Shown: positions 10,544 to 20,692, counted from the stretch's first letter. The stretch is 64,000 nt of DNA from Alphaproteobacteria bacterium (GCA_947478955.1 CANJXJ010000001.1:53746-117745); one strand, 5' to 3'. Translations and numbers: made by a program. Notes: a model not told the origin generated them from the letters alone.

Positions 10544-13258
10544 TTAATCAACGGTTGATAACGTTTCTTCCAAAATTTCTTCGCCTTCTTCAACTTTGCT
10601 AACCGAAACAACGTTTTCACCGCTTTCAATCCTGAAAATAATCACCCCTTGGGTACGGCGTCCGGTAATACGAACATCTGTAATTGGGCAACGAATCAGC
10701 TGACCACTTGTGGTAACCAGCATAATTTGATCCTGCTCTCTTACAGGGAATGCCGCGACCACACCGCCATTACGCACACTGGTAATAATGCTGTCAAATC
10801 CAACACCGCCGCGTTTAGTTGTGCGATATTCATAAGCAGAGCTGCGCTTACCAAAACCATTTTCTGTAACGGTTAGAATAAACTCTTCCATTGCTTGAAG
10901 TTCTTCAAAGCGCTCATTTGTTATGGTGATTGCTGCGACTTCTTCTTCTGCTTCAATCACTTCTGGCTCATCACTCACACCTTGACGTGCAGCTTTAGCC
11001 ATTTTCAAATATGCATTACGTTCTTCAATAGTCACTTTGCCAGGGTTGAGTATGGTTACGCTGATAACATAATCGTTTGGCTGCAATCTTATTCCACGCA
11101 CACCATTGGAATCACGTCCTGCAAATACACGAACGTTATCTGCCACATTAAAGCGATTACATAATCCCTTTTTGGTAAACAACATCACGTCGTCTTTTTC
11201 TGTGCATAACTTTACAGCAATTAATTCTTCACCAGCATCATCAAGCTTCATAGCACGTTTGCCATTGCTTGGAATGTTTGAAAAATCTTCCAACTTATTA
11301 CGGCGCACATTTCCTGTGTTGGTGGCAAACATTAAGAATACTTCTTGATCTTTGCGTTCAGTTTCTTCAGGCAAAATCAATACAGTCGAAATTGTTTCAT
11401 TAGCTGTTAATGGCAATAAGTTTACCATGGCTCGCCCACGTGATTGAGGCGTTGCCAATGGAAGCTCATAGGCTTTCATTTGGTACACTTTACCAAGCGT
11501 TGAGAAGAACAATACGTGGCTATGGGTATTGGCAATAATGATATCGCAAACTACATCTTCATCCTTGATGGTCATAGCGGAACGCCCTTTACCACCACGC
11601 CTTTGGGCACGATAGGTAGACAATGGAACACGCTTAATATAACCACTCAAACTTACGGTAATCACCATGTCTTCACGTTGGATTAAATCATCTAATTCAA
11701 GCTTGGTAACCGCATCTTCAATAACAGTTTTGCGTGGACTTGGAAAAATTTCTTTAATAGCATTTAATTCATCTTTTAAGATATTCAAAACACGTTGACG
11801 TGATCCTAAAATATCCAAATATTCTTGAATGTCCTTCGCGATATCATCTAAGTCTTTTAGAATTTTTTCACGCTCTAAACCAGTTAAGCGATGTAGTCGC
11901 AAATCTAAAATTGCATTCGCTTGCAATTCGCTTAAACGATATTGACCGTCAATGCTAACAACATCCGTATTGGCCTCAACAAGCTTAATATAACCAGCAA
12001 CTGATGAACCATCCCAAGTACGATTTAGTAAGTGCTCACGTGCTTCGTTGCGATCTTTTGATCCACGAATTAATTCAATAACAGGATCAAGGTTAGCAAC
12101 CGCCACAGAAAAACCAAGTAACAAATGGCTTTTTTCCCGTGCGCGATGCAACAGATACTTTGTTCTGCGAGTAATAACCTCTTCACGAAAATCAATAAAG
12201 TGCTGCAGAATGCTTTTAATGGAAAGCTGCAAAGGGCGACCATGGACAATAGCCAGCATGTTGTAGCCAAAGCTTACTTGCAGCTGACTATGGCGGTAAA
12301 GTTTATTAAGAATAACTTCCGCGTTAACGTCCTTCTTCAATTCAATGACGACACGCACGCCTTCACGGTTTGACTCATCTCGTAGATCAGAAATTCCTTC
12401 GATGGTTTTATCGCGAACAAGTTCAGCGATTTTTTCAATCATGCGAGATTTGTTAACCTGATAAGGCGTTTCATGGATGATAATCGCCTCACGGCTGCCT
12501 GAAATATTTTCAATAGTCGTCTTGGAACGAATTGTAATACTACCACGGCCTGTATTGAATGCTTCAATAATACCTTTTCGGCCTAACACAATAGCACCTG
12601 TTGGGAAATCTGGCCCCGGCACATATTGCATAATTTCTTCAATGGTAAGATTAGGGTCATCAACTAATGCACAAGTAGCATCAACAATTTCGCCTAAATT
12701 ATGGGTTGGAATATTGGTGGCCATACCAACCGCAATTCCGTTAGTGCCATTTACTAAAAGATTTGGAAATTTAGCTGGAAGAACAATTGGCTCAACAGTT
12801 GTGTCGTCGTAGTTGGCACGAAAATCTACAGTATCTTGGTCGATATCATCCAATAGCGAATGTGCAACCTTGCTTAAGCGCGCTTCTGTATAACGTTCTG
12901 CTGCTGGTGGATCTCCGTCCATTGAACCAAAGTTACCCTGACCATCAACCAATGGAACACGCAAGCTAAACCATTGCGCCATTCGAACCATTGCATCATA
13001 GATAGCAAGGTTGCCATGAGGGTGATACTTCGCCATCACATTACCAACTACGTTGGCAGATTTCTTATGTGGCCTGTTATATTCCAGACCAATTTCTTTC
13101 ATGGTATATAAAATACGGCGATGTACCGGCTTCAAACCATCACGAACATCTGGCAAAGCACGCGAAACAATTACGCTCATGGCATAATCAAGATACGATC
13201 TCTTCATTTCCTCTTCTAAGGAAACCGGCTTTACATCAGAAGTAGTTTGCGTGCTCAT
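10544..13258 (-). CDS. gyrA: DNA gyrase subunit A
   Basis: 904 aa. Blocks: [39 protein letters not shown] (QRDR), [24 protein letters not shown]-terminal beta-pinwheel repeats are present. Confidence 0.96.
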   Translation of the reverse strand: MSTQTTSDVKPVSLEEEMKRSYLDYAMSVIVSRALPDVRDGLKPVHRRILYTMKEIGLEYNRPHKKSANVVGNVMAKYHPHGNLAIYDAMVRMAQWFSLRVPLVDGQGNFGSMDGDPPAAERYTEARLSKVAHSLLDDIDQDTVDFRANYDDTTVEPIVLPAKFPNLLVNGTNGIAVGMATNIPTHNLGEIVDATCALVDDPNLTIEEIMQYVPGPDFPTGAIVLGRKGIIEAFNTGRGSITIRSKTTIENISGSREAIIIHETPYQVNKSRMIEKIAELVRDKTIEGISDLRDESNREGVRVVIELKKDVNAEVILNKLYRHSQLQVSFGYNMLAIVHGRPLQLSIKSILQHFIDFREEVITRRTKYLLHRAREKSHLLLGFSVAVANLDPVIELIRGSKDRNEAREHLLNRTWDGSSVAGYIKLVEANTDVVSIDGQYRLSELQANAILDLRLHRLTGLEREKILKDLDDIAKDIQEYLDILGSRQRVLNILKDELNAIKEIFPSPRKTVIEDAVTKLELDDLIQREDMVITVSLSGYIKRVPLSTYRAQRRGGKGRSAMTIKDEDVVCDIIIANTHSHVLFFSTLGKVYQMKAYELPLATPQSRGRAMVNLLPLTANETISTVLILPEETERKDQEVFLMFATNTGNVRRNKLEDFSNIPSNGKRAMKLDDAGEELIAVKLCTEKDDVMLFTKKGLCNRFNVADNVRVFAGRDSNGVRGIRLQPNDYVISVTILNPGKVTIEERNAYLKMAKAARQGVSDEPEVIEAEEEVAAITITNERFEELQAMEEFILTVTENGFGKRSSAYEYRTTKRGGVGFDSIITSVRNGGVVAAFPVREQDQIMLVTTSGQLIRCPITDVRITGRRTQGVIIFRIESGENVVSVSKVEEGEEILEETLSTVD

Positions 13259-13349
13259 AAATCAACTGTCCAAAAAAGTTAGCTAAACATTAGCATTTTT
13301 TCCTAAATGCATGCCACAAAAATAGTCTAACGACATTGCATTTTAAGAA

Positions 13350-13490
13350 AAAAAATCTTTAATTGCGTAAGTAATGCAGTCTTAAATTTTTACGGCGGCA
13401 ATTGCTCATACTATCTAGAATCAGGCCACATGCAAAGCTTAAAAATCCAGGTACCATTAAACCCACGCAAAGTAGGGTACTTGGAATGCG
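13350..13490. repeat. Direct repeat copy A (orphan copy of the 3' end of the GT2 gene)
   Basis: Aligns without gaps to 16345-16485 at a constant offset of 2995 bp. I count 7 mismatches in 141 positions by manual alignment. Confidence 0.9.
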
Positions 13491-13562
13491 ATAATAAACA
13501 TTATCCGTTTCAAAAATAGATTTAGTTGGAGTTCTTTGTACCCCCAATTCGTAAAAAATCAA
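13359..13562 (-). pseudogene. Remnant of a glycosyltransferase C-terminus (duplicate of the 16354-16485 region)
   Basis: The C-terminal 42 aa of this 67-aa ORF (IPSTLLCVGLMVPGFLSFACGLILDSMSNCRRKNLRLHYLRN) mirror the C-terminus of the 301-aa GT2. Its N-terminus is unrelated and overlaps the end of the upstream gene. Confidence 0.7.
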
Positions 13563-14778
13563 CTTCCTTTTCTGAAGTTATTCTTGGGTCAGGTATCATG
13601 GCCAATCCTGCGTATTTGCAAATGACTTTTTCCAGATAGTCCTTGCTAACGTAATTTTTCAGTGATGCCTCTCTAGATACTATGTAATTAAGCATTCTAG
13701 CATAGATGACATCCCCCCCATGAAAACCATCGATAAACTCACCATCATTTGTGGATAATAATTGATTGGGGTCAGTAAAATCATACACTTTAACATCGTT
13801 TTTTTTTAATTTTCCGCGCAACTCAGCGATATATGAATAATCATATTGTTTCATTAATTTGTTGATTTCTGGAGCTAAAGGTGGAAAAAACAGGATCACC
13901 TTAACATTATTTTTTTGAAAAATTTCCAACAAATCTAAAAATTTTTGAAAATGTATTTCTGAAAATGAAGTGCCATGTGTAAACCTACCGGTTCCCTTTG
14001 CAACACTGTCTGCCGTTTCTTTAAAGGACACATCACCAAAGTTATTACTATGTCCAGTAACAAGGTCAGTATAATAACAAGACCCGTCGGCAGAAATGCC
14101 TGATTTCCTTAGTTTTCCACCAACTCCTATATGGTGTGTTTTTGACAAAGTAAATAATCTCATATAGTCAGAAATAGTAATTTTTTCATCTTTAATCCAT
14201 TTGAATGGTAAAAGAAGGTGAGCTGGATCTATCTTATTTACTGCTCTTTGAGAACATAAATCATATGCATCTGATTTTTGAAAATTCTCATTGAACCACC
14301 AAAAATCTATCCCTAATAGTACCACTTGTGGGCGATGAGCAGTCAACATTGCTGCAGTTGCATTTAGTGCTTCATGAATTGAAGTAGCAGTGTAGCCCAT
14401 ATTATAAAATGATTTGGAGAAGAATTGCTCGCGAAATTGTAGAACCCTTGATGATCCGAAGGAAATTATTTTTGGTTTTTTATATTTGTATGAGTATAGC
14501 TTCAACTCACTTATATCATTAAAAATAGATGACCCATAAATATTAAATTCACCCACTTTATTTTGAGATTCAAAGATTTGCTTGGTTGATAAAAATTCTC
14601 CGCAATTTCTAAGAAATAGGTAGTTTAAATAAATTGGGATAAGAAAAAAAATAAAAATAAAAATATACGCTTTTAAAAATTTTCTGTAATTATTTTTGGA
14701 TTTTAATTCAAAGCTCTCTTTTCCCTCTTTATTATCGAACAAGTGGGTAGGAAGAATTGCGGGTATTTCATTTTGCAT
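13522..14778 (-). CDS. DltD/SGNH-like O-acyltransferase partner protein (membrane-anchored, extracytoplasmic)
   Basis: N-terminal TM anchor (AYIFIFIFFLIPIYLNYLF). Ser motif ISFGSSRV. C-terminal D-x-x-H motif (FIDGFHGG), as in SGNH/DltD-type esterase-transferases. Lies immediately downstream of an MBOAT gene. The 418-aa size is similar to DltD. Confidence 0.5.
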   Translation of the reverse strand: MQNEIPAILPTHLFDNKEGKESFELKSKNNYRKFLKAYIFIFIFFLIPIYLNYLFLRNCGEFLSTKQIFESQNKVGEFNIYGSSIFNDISELKLYSYKYKKPKIISFGSSRVLQFREQFFSKSFYNMGYTATSIHEALNATAAMLTAHRPQVVLLGIDFWWFNENFQKSDAYDLCSQRAVNKIDPAHLLLPFKWIKDEKITISDYMRLFTLSKTHHIGVGGKLRKSGISADGSCYYTDLVTGHSNNFGDVSFKETADSVAKGTGRFTHGTSFSEIHFQKFLDLLEIFQKNNVKVILFFPPLAPEINKLMKQYDYSYIAELRGKLKKNDVKVYDFTDPNQLLSTNDGEFIDGFHGGDVIYARMLNYIVSREASLKNYVSKDYLEKVICKYAGLAMIPDPRITSEKEVDFLRIGGTKNSN

Positions 14779-14790
14779 TTTATGTACTTT

Positions 14791-16320
14791 TTAAAAATTA
14801 AAATATAAAAATTCGATTTTTCTATGTGATAAAAGTGCAAGCATAATCCATACGCTCATTACGGATAAAATAACTGCATATGGTATCGAAGGTTTCCATA
14901 CCAATCGAATAAGTCTCTTACTCGGGGTGTTCGTTGATGTATTGTAATGCCCATTAAATGAAACGTGATTTCTTAAAAAATCCTTTATATTTGGGAAGAA
15001 TAAGCATGAAAATATTGAAGACAGCATCAGTGGTAAATAATCCCAAAAATAAAAAAGCTGATTAGCAAAAAAACCTTTATAATTAAAGAAGAAGAAATTA
15101 GGAACTACTCCTTTCAATACTGGAGAAATTGATAGTCCATATGAGCCAAACATGGATTTATACATAATGGTCGCTACTGTAAAGTTTTGAGATCTAAAAA
15201 CAACCCAAGCAACCATGACCGCAAACATGGTGAAGAACCAACATATCGCAAGGTAAGTTTTCTTTTTAACAAACTCTAAGTTTCTTTTTTTACAGTACGC
15301 ACGCCATAAATGATTAACAACTAGGTAGAAACCATGCAGTCCTCCCCAAAAAATAAATGTCCAATTTGCTCCGTGCCATAAGCCTCCAATTAGCATCGTG
15401 ACAAGCAGATTTCTGTGTTTCATAAAAAGTCCATCGCGATTCCCTCCCAAAGGCTTGTATACATAATCCCTTAAGAAGATTGATAGTGTAATATGCCATC
15501 TGCGCCAAAAATCGATAATAGATGTTGATGTATAGGGAGAATCAAAATTTAGAGGAAATGAAATATTAAATATTTTTGCTAATCCAACGGCCATATCACT
15601 GTAGCCAGAAAAATCAAAATACAATTGCAATGTATAACAAATTACTCCAAACCATGATTCTGCAAATGAAGGAATTAATCCATTAGAAGCTGCATCAAAA
15701 ACAGAATTTGCACACGGGGCTAACCCATCAGCAATAATAATTTTTTTGAAAAGCCCTATAATGAAAATCGTACCACCTATTACAATGTTTTCAACAGATA
15801 ATCCCACCTTTTCAAACTGTGGAGATATCTCTTTGTATTGAACAAGTGGGCCAGCTATAGAATGAGGAAAAAAACTTACAAGCAAAGCGTAATTCACAAT
15901 ATTTTTTTCTGGGTTGTTTCCGTGATATGTATCAACAAGATAAGCAATCTGTTGGAATGTGAAGAATGAGATACCTAAAGGCAATGCAATTTCTGCAAAA
16001 ATCAATGTCCCGGGAATAAAAGCTTTTAGATTTTGAAGAATGAAAAATGAGTACTTAAAATAAGAAATAACAGCGACGTTAAACAGAATAGCTAACGTCA
16101 AAACCCTTTTATTATTGCGTACATATTGTCCGATAAAAAAATTAACTAAAATTGATGTGACCATTAAGAGCAGATCATTTACGCTGTGGTATGCATAAAA
16201 AGCTAGAGACCCAGATAAAAGAAGTAAGAGCACAGTCCTGTTATTTTTTCTAAATAAATATAAGGATGCGCATAAGGCAGGAAGAAAAATAATAATAAAT
16301 TCAAGACTATTAAAAAGCAT
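14791..16320 (-). CDS. MBOAT-family membrane-bound O-acyltransferase (AlgI/DltB/PatA-like)
   Basis: Polytopic 509-aa protein with MBOAT signature blocks: FWRRWHITLSIFLRDYVYKPLGGNR and GGLWHGANWTFIFWGGLHG (the catalytic His region). Confidence 0.85.
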   Translation of the reverse strand: MLFNSLEFIIIFLPALCASLYLFRKNNRTVLLLLLSGSLAFYAYHSVNDLLLMVTSILVNFFIGQYVRNNKRVLTLAILFNVAVISYFKYSFFILQNLKAFIPGTLIFAEIALPLGISFFTFQQIAYLVDTYHGNNPEKNIVNYALLVSFFPHSIAGPLVQYKEISPQFEKVGLSVENIVIGGTIFIIGLFKKIIIADGLAPCANSVFDAASNGLIPSFAESWFGVICYTLQLYFDFSGYSDMAVGLAKIFNISFPLNFDSPYTSTSIIDFWRRWHITLSIFLRDYVYKPLGGNRDGLFMKHRNLLVTMLIGGLWHGANWTFIFWGGLHGFYLVVNHLWRAYCKKRNLEFVKKKTYLAICWFFTMFAVMVAWVVFRSQNFTVATIMYKSMFGSYGLSISPVLKGVVPNFFFFNYKGFFANQLFYFWDYLPLMLSSIFSCLFFPNIKDFLRNHVSFNGHYNTSTNTPSKRLIRLVWKPSIPYAVILSVMSVWIMLALLSHRKIEFLYFNF

Positions 16321-16344
16321 GGTTAAATATCAAATTGTTACAAT

Positions 16345-16485
16345 AAAAAATCTTTAATTGCGTAAGTAATGCAGTCTTAAATTTTCACGGCGGCAATTGC
16401 TCATACTATCTAGAATCAAGCCACATGCAAAGCTTAAAAATCCAAGCACCATTAAACCCACGCAAAGTAGGGCAGTTGGAACGCG
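16345..16485. repeat. Direct repeat copy B (authentic 3' end of the GT2 gene plus 9 nt)
   Basis: See copy A. Covers the last 43 codons, the stop codon and 9 downstream nt of the 16354..17259 gene. Confidence 0.9.
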
Positions 16486-17259
16486 TGATACATACGAAGT
16501 TGCTAAAAATTCTTGAATAACCTGCACGCCTAAAAATAATCCTAAGGCAATCAATAGGGCAGATATTAATGAAAACAACAAAAATGGACGAAAGTCTTTA
16601 AACAACGATAGCATGCGAAGTCCAATTTTAAATCCATCTTTAAACGTAGATAGCTTGCTTTGAGTGCCTGCGATACGATCAAAAAAATCAGTTTCAATTT
16701 CTTTAACGGGTAGCTTCAAATTAAGGGCAAATACTGATAGCTCCGTTTCAATATCAAATCCGTTTGAAATCGCCGGAAAACTTTTTATCATGCGGCGAGA
16801 AAAGGTTCGATACCCTGAAAAGATATCTTTAAAGTTACTTTGGAATAGCATTTTCAATGCGAAATTAAACAATTGGTTGCCTAATTTATGGCCGGTACGA
16901 TGGGCAGTTTCTGTTTTTTCAACACGAACTCCAATGACCATATCTAGCTGATTTTCCAAAAGCGTATTGACCAGTTCACGAGCACGAGAATGATCATAGG
17001 TACCGTCTCCATCAACCATAAGGTAAACATCGGCCTCAATGTTAGTAAACATTCGCCGCACCACATGCCCTTTACCTTGACGTGGCTCAAACTTTACAAT
17101 TGCTCCTGCCCGCTTAGCCTCTAATGTTGTGTTATCCGTTGAATTATTGTCATAAACATAAATATCAGCTTCTGGAAGCTGGGATTTAAAATCTTGAACA
17201 ACTTTATAAATGGCTTTTTCCTCGTTATAACAAGGGATAAGAACCGCAATTTTAGTCAT
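16354..17259 (-). CDS. Family-2 glycosyltransferase, polyprenyl-phosphate sugar synthase type (GtrB/ArnC/DPM1-like)
   Basis: N-terminal IAVLIPCYNEE. DxD region LMVDGDGTYD. Two C-terminal TM helices, as in GtrB/ArnC. Its start overlaps the upstream gene by 8 nt. Confidence 0.8.
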   Translation of the reverse strand: MTKIAVLIPCYNEEKAIYKVVQDFKSQLPEADIYVYDNNSTDNTTLEAKRAGAIVKFEPRQGKGHVVRRMFTNIEADVYLMVDGDGTYDHSRARELVNTLLENQLDMVIGVRVEKTETAHRTGHKLGNQLFNFALKMLFQSNFKDIFSGYRTFSRRMIKSFPAISNGFDIETELSVFALNLKLPVKEIETDFFDRIAGTQSKLSTFKDGFKIGLRMLSLFKDFRPFLLFSLISALLIALGLFLGVQVIQEFLATSYVSRVPTALLCVGLMVLGFLSFACGLILDSMSNCRRENLRLHYLRN

Positions 17260-18505
17260 TTTCTTTACTCGTAAATACCAGGTGTAAACATAACAGCCAA
17301 AAGCAAATCATCAGGCCATCCGTATAAATAGCATAACGCCGCAACACAGGCAAAAATATTGCTACAATTCCATAATTTAGAAATTGTAGGGTTGTCAGCA
17401 ATAAGCCGAAATAAAGCAGAAAGTTTTTTTCTCTTGCAATAAGCCTCCACAAACACACGGCAAAAGCGCAACAAACCAGGTAAAAATAATAATATCCCCC
17501 CATATTGTTTACAACATTTCTATAATAAACCTTAGCAAAGTCAGCCAAATTGTTTTTAAGCACTACAAACGTAACATCACTTAAAAGTTTTTCTGATTCA
17601 AGCGCGCCTAAATTTAAGTCCTGCATAGCCTTATTGGTGATTTCAAACCGCAAAATATCATGGATAATCTCAAACTTCTTATGGTAAGGCCATGCAAAAT
17701 TTGCGTAATCTTCTTGGAGCATCCCAAGTTTTTGTTTGTCCCGTTCTTTTAAGGCCTCTTCAAGAAAGCGTTTTTGTTCAGGCGTTTTTAATAAATCAAC
17801 ATCACTCGCTTTTGCTACGTATAATGGTGATGCAATAATAAATACCCCGGAAGGCGTACTGGTAAAATGTCCTGTTTTCGCAAACATGTAACTTTTTTCC
17901 ATTAAGAGGCCGCAAACAAAAAATGCTATTGGCCATAAAAATATGTGAAGCTTAACTTTTTTTCGGTGTATTAAATCTAGAAAAATCCATCCATAAAATC
18001 CTGTAAACACATAGCCAAATTGTTTTCTCGTGAGCATTAAACACAAGGCTAATCCCAGTGCTATAAAGAAATGTCGCGTATCTTCGAATTTTTTCCATAA
18101 TAATAATTGGCAGAAAAGCAATAAAAATAAAGGATAGGCCAGAGGTTCTGTAAGAATCGTATTGCCAATAATTGTGTGCCCAATATAAGGCAATGCAAGG
18201 CCTACAAATAATCCTATTTGAAGAAAAACCCCAAAACGTTTTTCAAACAATTTTGCAAAGCAAGCAACTGCATAAAAACAAGTTCCTAGACCAAGCACAA
18301 GTTGAACCAAAATGACTCCGTATAAATTATTCCAAATCAAACGACATGTATTTAAAAAGAAAGGATAAAATAATCCTCTAGAAGAACTAGCCTCTAAGTA
18401 TCCACCTGAGTCACTTTGAAGATAAGGACCCTGAGCAATCAAAACAGTAAAAATGATGCAACATAATACGCTCAAGAATTTATGTTGTTTAATGGTTTGG
18501 ATCAT
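17252..18505 (-). CDS. Polytopic membrane protein, possible GT-C-type glycosyltransferase
   Basis: At least 9 hydrophobic segments. The first loop carries acidic YLQSDSGGYLE. A soluble-looking loop lies at roughly aa 230-320. Operon position is upstream of the GtrB-like GT2. I recognise no diagnostic motif. Confidence 0.35.
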   Translation of the reverse strand: MIQTIKQHKFLSVLCCIIFTVLIAQGPYLQSDSGGYLEASSSRGLFYPFFLNTCRLIWNNLYGVILVQLVLGLGTCFYAVACFAKLFEKRFGVFLQIGLFVGLALPYIGHTIIGNTILTEPLAYPLFLLLFCQLLLWKKFEDTRHFFIALGLALCLMLTRKQFGYVFTGFYGWIFLDLIHRKKVKLHIFLWPIAFFVCGLLMEKSYMFAKTGHFTSTPSGVFIIASPLYVAKASDVDLLKTPEQKRFLEEALKERDKQKLGMLQEDYANFAWPYHKKFEIIHDILRFEITNKAMQDLNLGALESEKLLSDVTFVVLKNNLADFAKVYYRNVVNNMGGYYYFYLVCCAFAVCLWRLIAREKNFLLYFGLLLTTLQFLNYGIVAIFLPVLRRYAIYTDGLMICFWLLCLHLVFTSKEND

Positions 18506-18594
18506 GCGGATTAAATCTATAAACTAAAGATTGTTGATATTGTCATAACTATTTGTTTGGGGGCAACCCTGATAGAAAAAGCATAGGAATAAAA

Positions 18595-19689
18595 ATGCGT
18601 ATTTTTTCCAAATCCATAAGTCTTATTTTTCTGTTCTCATTTTTTACCCTTACTGCCGGCGGAATTCCTGACATTAAAACAAGCGTTGAAGTAAAAACAA
18701 TTTTTGGACGTATAAAACTTCAGGACGAGTTGTTACGGGTTTATAACCTTGAGCATATGCAACGCTTAAAGGGAATTGATCAATCGGGCACACCTGCTTA
18801 CTGGAATGGTGTTCCTAAATTTAGCAGGCTAGAGCATTCCCTTGACGTTTTGTGGCTGGTTCTAAATTTTGGGGGCGATCTTAAGGAGCAAATAGCAGCA
18901 TTTTGCCATGATATTTCTCACACTGTTTTTTCCCATGTGGCCGATATTGTTTTTGGTGTTGCGAATTACCAAGACACTATTCATGAATGGTTTTTACAAC
19001 AAACAAAAATAGCAGAAATTATACGTGGGTATGATTGGGTTGAAAAAGATATTCTACCTGACAATCCTGATTTTAAACGTCTTGAACAACCCTTGCCTGA
19101 TATGTGTGCTGATCGTATTGCCTATAATATACGCACTGCTTTTGTGTTTCGTATGATTAATCAAGAGGATATAGATTTCATTGTGAACAAGCTACGTTTT
19201 GATGATGAAAAAAAGAGATGGTATTTCACAAGCAAAAAAGCTGCAAAAAAATTTGCATTACTCTCTTTAGCATTTACCGAACATTTTTGGGGATCAGCTG
19301 ATAACATGGTTGTTTATTTTATTACCAGCAAAATCTTAAAGCGTGCTTTTTTGTTAGAGCGCATTACCAAAGATGACATGCATTTTGGGACAGACAAGCA
19401 AGTTCTAGACAAGCTTGATAATCCAGAAATTTGTGATGATCCAGAAATTAAACGTTTAATTGGCAAAGCAAAAATTCCTAAAACCGCATATCGTATCTTG
19501 GAGGATGATGAAGGTACGCCGGACTTTGTTCCTAAGCCTAAATTTAGAGGGATTGATCCTTGGGTGTATAATCAACACTCACAAGAATACAAACGCTTGT
19601 CTGAACTTGACCAAGAATTTGCGGCTGAATTTAAACGCATTGAAGAGTTTTGTAAAAAAGGGTACAAAATTCAACTAAACATTAAGTAA
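18595..19689 (+). CDS. HD-domain phosphohydrolase (SAMHD1/COG1078-like) with N-terminal signal/anchor sequence
   Basis: Blocks: MQRLKGIDQSG, RLEHSLDV, AAFCHDISHTVFSH (H...HD...H metal ligands), ADRIAYNIRT. The ATG at 18595 is preceded by AGGAA. The ORF-track start at 18553 is a TTG. The N-terminus MRIFSKSISLIFLFSFFTLTAGG is signal-peptide-like. Confidence 0.65.
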   Translation: MRIFSKSISLIFLFSFFTLTAGGIPDIKTSVEVKTIFGRIKLQDELLRVYNLEHMQRLKGIDQSGTPAYWNGVPKFSRLEHSLDVLWLVLNFGGDLKEQIAAFCHDISHTVFSHVADIVFGVANYQDTIHEWFLQQTKIAEIIRGYDWVEKDILPDNPDFKRLEQPLPDMCADRIAYNIRTAFVFRMINQEDIDFIVNKLRFDDEKKRWYFTSKKAAKKFALLSLAFTEHFWGSADNMVVYFITSKILKRAFLLERITKDDMHFGTDKQVLDKLDNPEICDDPEIKRLIGKAKIPKTAYRILEDDEGTPDFVPKPKFRGIDPWVYNQHSQEYKRLSELDQEFAAEFKRIEEFCKKGYKIQLNIK

Positions 19690-19771
19690 TCTCATTTTAG
19701 GTCGCGTCTTGTCATAGTAGTGTCTGCGTAAGAATGAAATAACTTTTGGTTCTTGCAAGATACTTTAGTTA

Positions 19772-20692
19772 ATGGGGGATGGCATGCATCATTATTTTAC
19801 ACCCTTTTATAAGAAGCTTTTTGTAAGCTCTCTGTTCATTTTACTATTTGGATTATGGTATAGCGCTGAACATAAGACTGATGTTTTTCTTCCGTATCCA
19901 GACCTTATCAATCATGAAGGAAAAGTTCATTCGTCCCTTGTGGCAATTGCAAAGGTTCTTTACCCCAAAGAGGCCCCTGCAGAAAGGGATAGCGCTAAAA
20001 TATGGAATGCGTTTTTGCAAAAAAATTTTCTACGACCTGAAACGCAAGACCATCAAGAGGCTCAAAAAGCGGGGCAGCATCCAAAGCATCTGGAACTTCT
20101 CCCTCACTTCAAATCACTTAGATTGATTGATGAAATAATGCCAGAGCAACGAGAATTCGATGTGATTATTATTTTTGGGGGCACTCCATGGGATACTGAA
20201 GAACGCTTCCGCTGGGTTAATACTTTAGTGACAGAAAGAGGCATCAAAACCAAAGCCTTTATTTATATTAACGGCAAAAGACTGCTTAAATCTTCCGAAC
20301 TTGATTGGTTAAAAGGCAAAAAATTTGAGAATATAACTTACCAACATGAAGCCGCTAAAGCGCTATGGGATTGCTCTTATCTCCTTAAAAAAGATCCCCT
20401 CGCTATTATTACGGTTGCACCTCCTCCAGGTAGGCGAGCCAATACAAATGATACTTTGATTGCATTCTTAAAATATAAAAAAGAAAACGATATCCATAGT
20501 GTCTTGTTCATCACGAATGGACATTATGGTCCCTACCAATTTGAGACAGCTTCCATGGTAATTAAAGGATCCTTACAATTTGAGGGATCAAGCTCACCAT
20601 CTAATGACAATGTTTCAACGGTAAGTTTAACAGACACTCTCGCAAGACGTTTCTATACAATTGTTCAAAATTATAGTGCAAAGCCTGGCTAA
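19772..20692 (+). CDS. Membrane-anchored protein, possibly DUF218 (YdcF/ElyC/SanA-like) domain
   Basis: N-terminal TM (LFVSSLFILLFGLWY). Weak resemblance to DUF218 blocks: DVIIIFGG, HEAAKA, RRANTNDT, VLFITNGHYGPYQ. Confidence 0.35.
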   Translation: MGDGMHHYFTPFYKKLFVSSLFILLFGLWYSAEHKTDVFLPYPDLINHEGKVHSSLVAIAKVLYPKEAPAERDSAKIWNAFLQKNFLRPETQDHQEAQKAGQHPKHLELLPHFKSLRLIDEIMPEQREFDVIIIFGGTPWDTEERFRWVNTLVTERGIKTKAFIYINGKRLLKSSELDWLKGKKFENITYQHEAAKALWDCSYLLKKDPLAIITVAPPPGRRANTNDTLIAFLKYKKENDIHSVLFITNGHYGPYQFETASMVIKGSLQFEGSSSPSNDNVSTVSLTDTLARRFYTIVQNYSAKPG

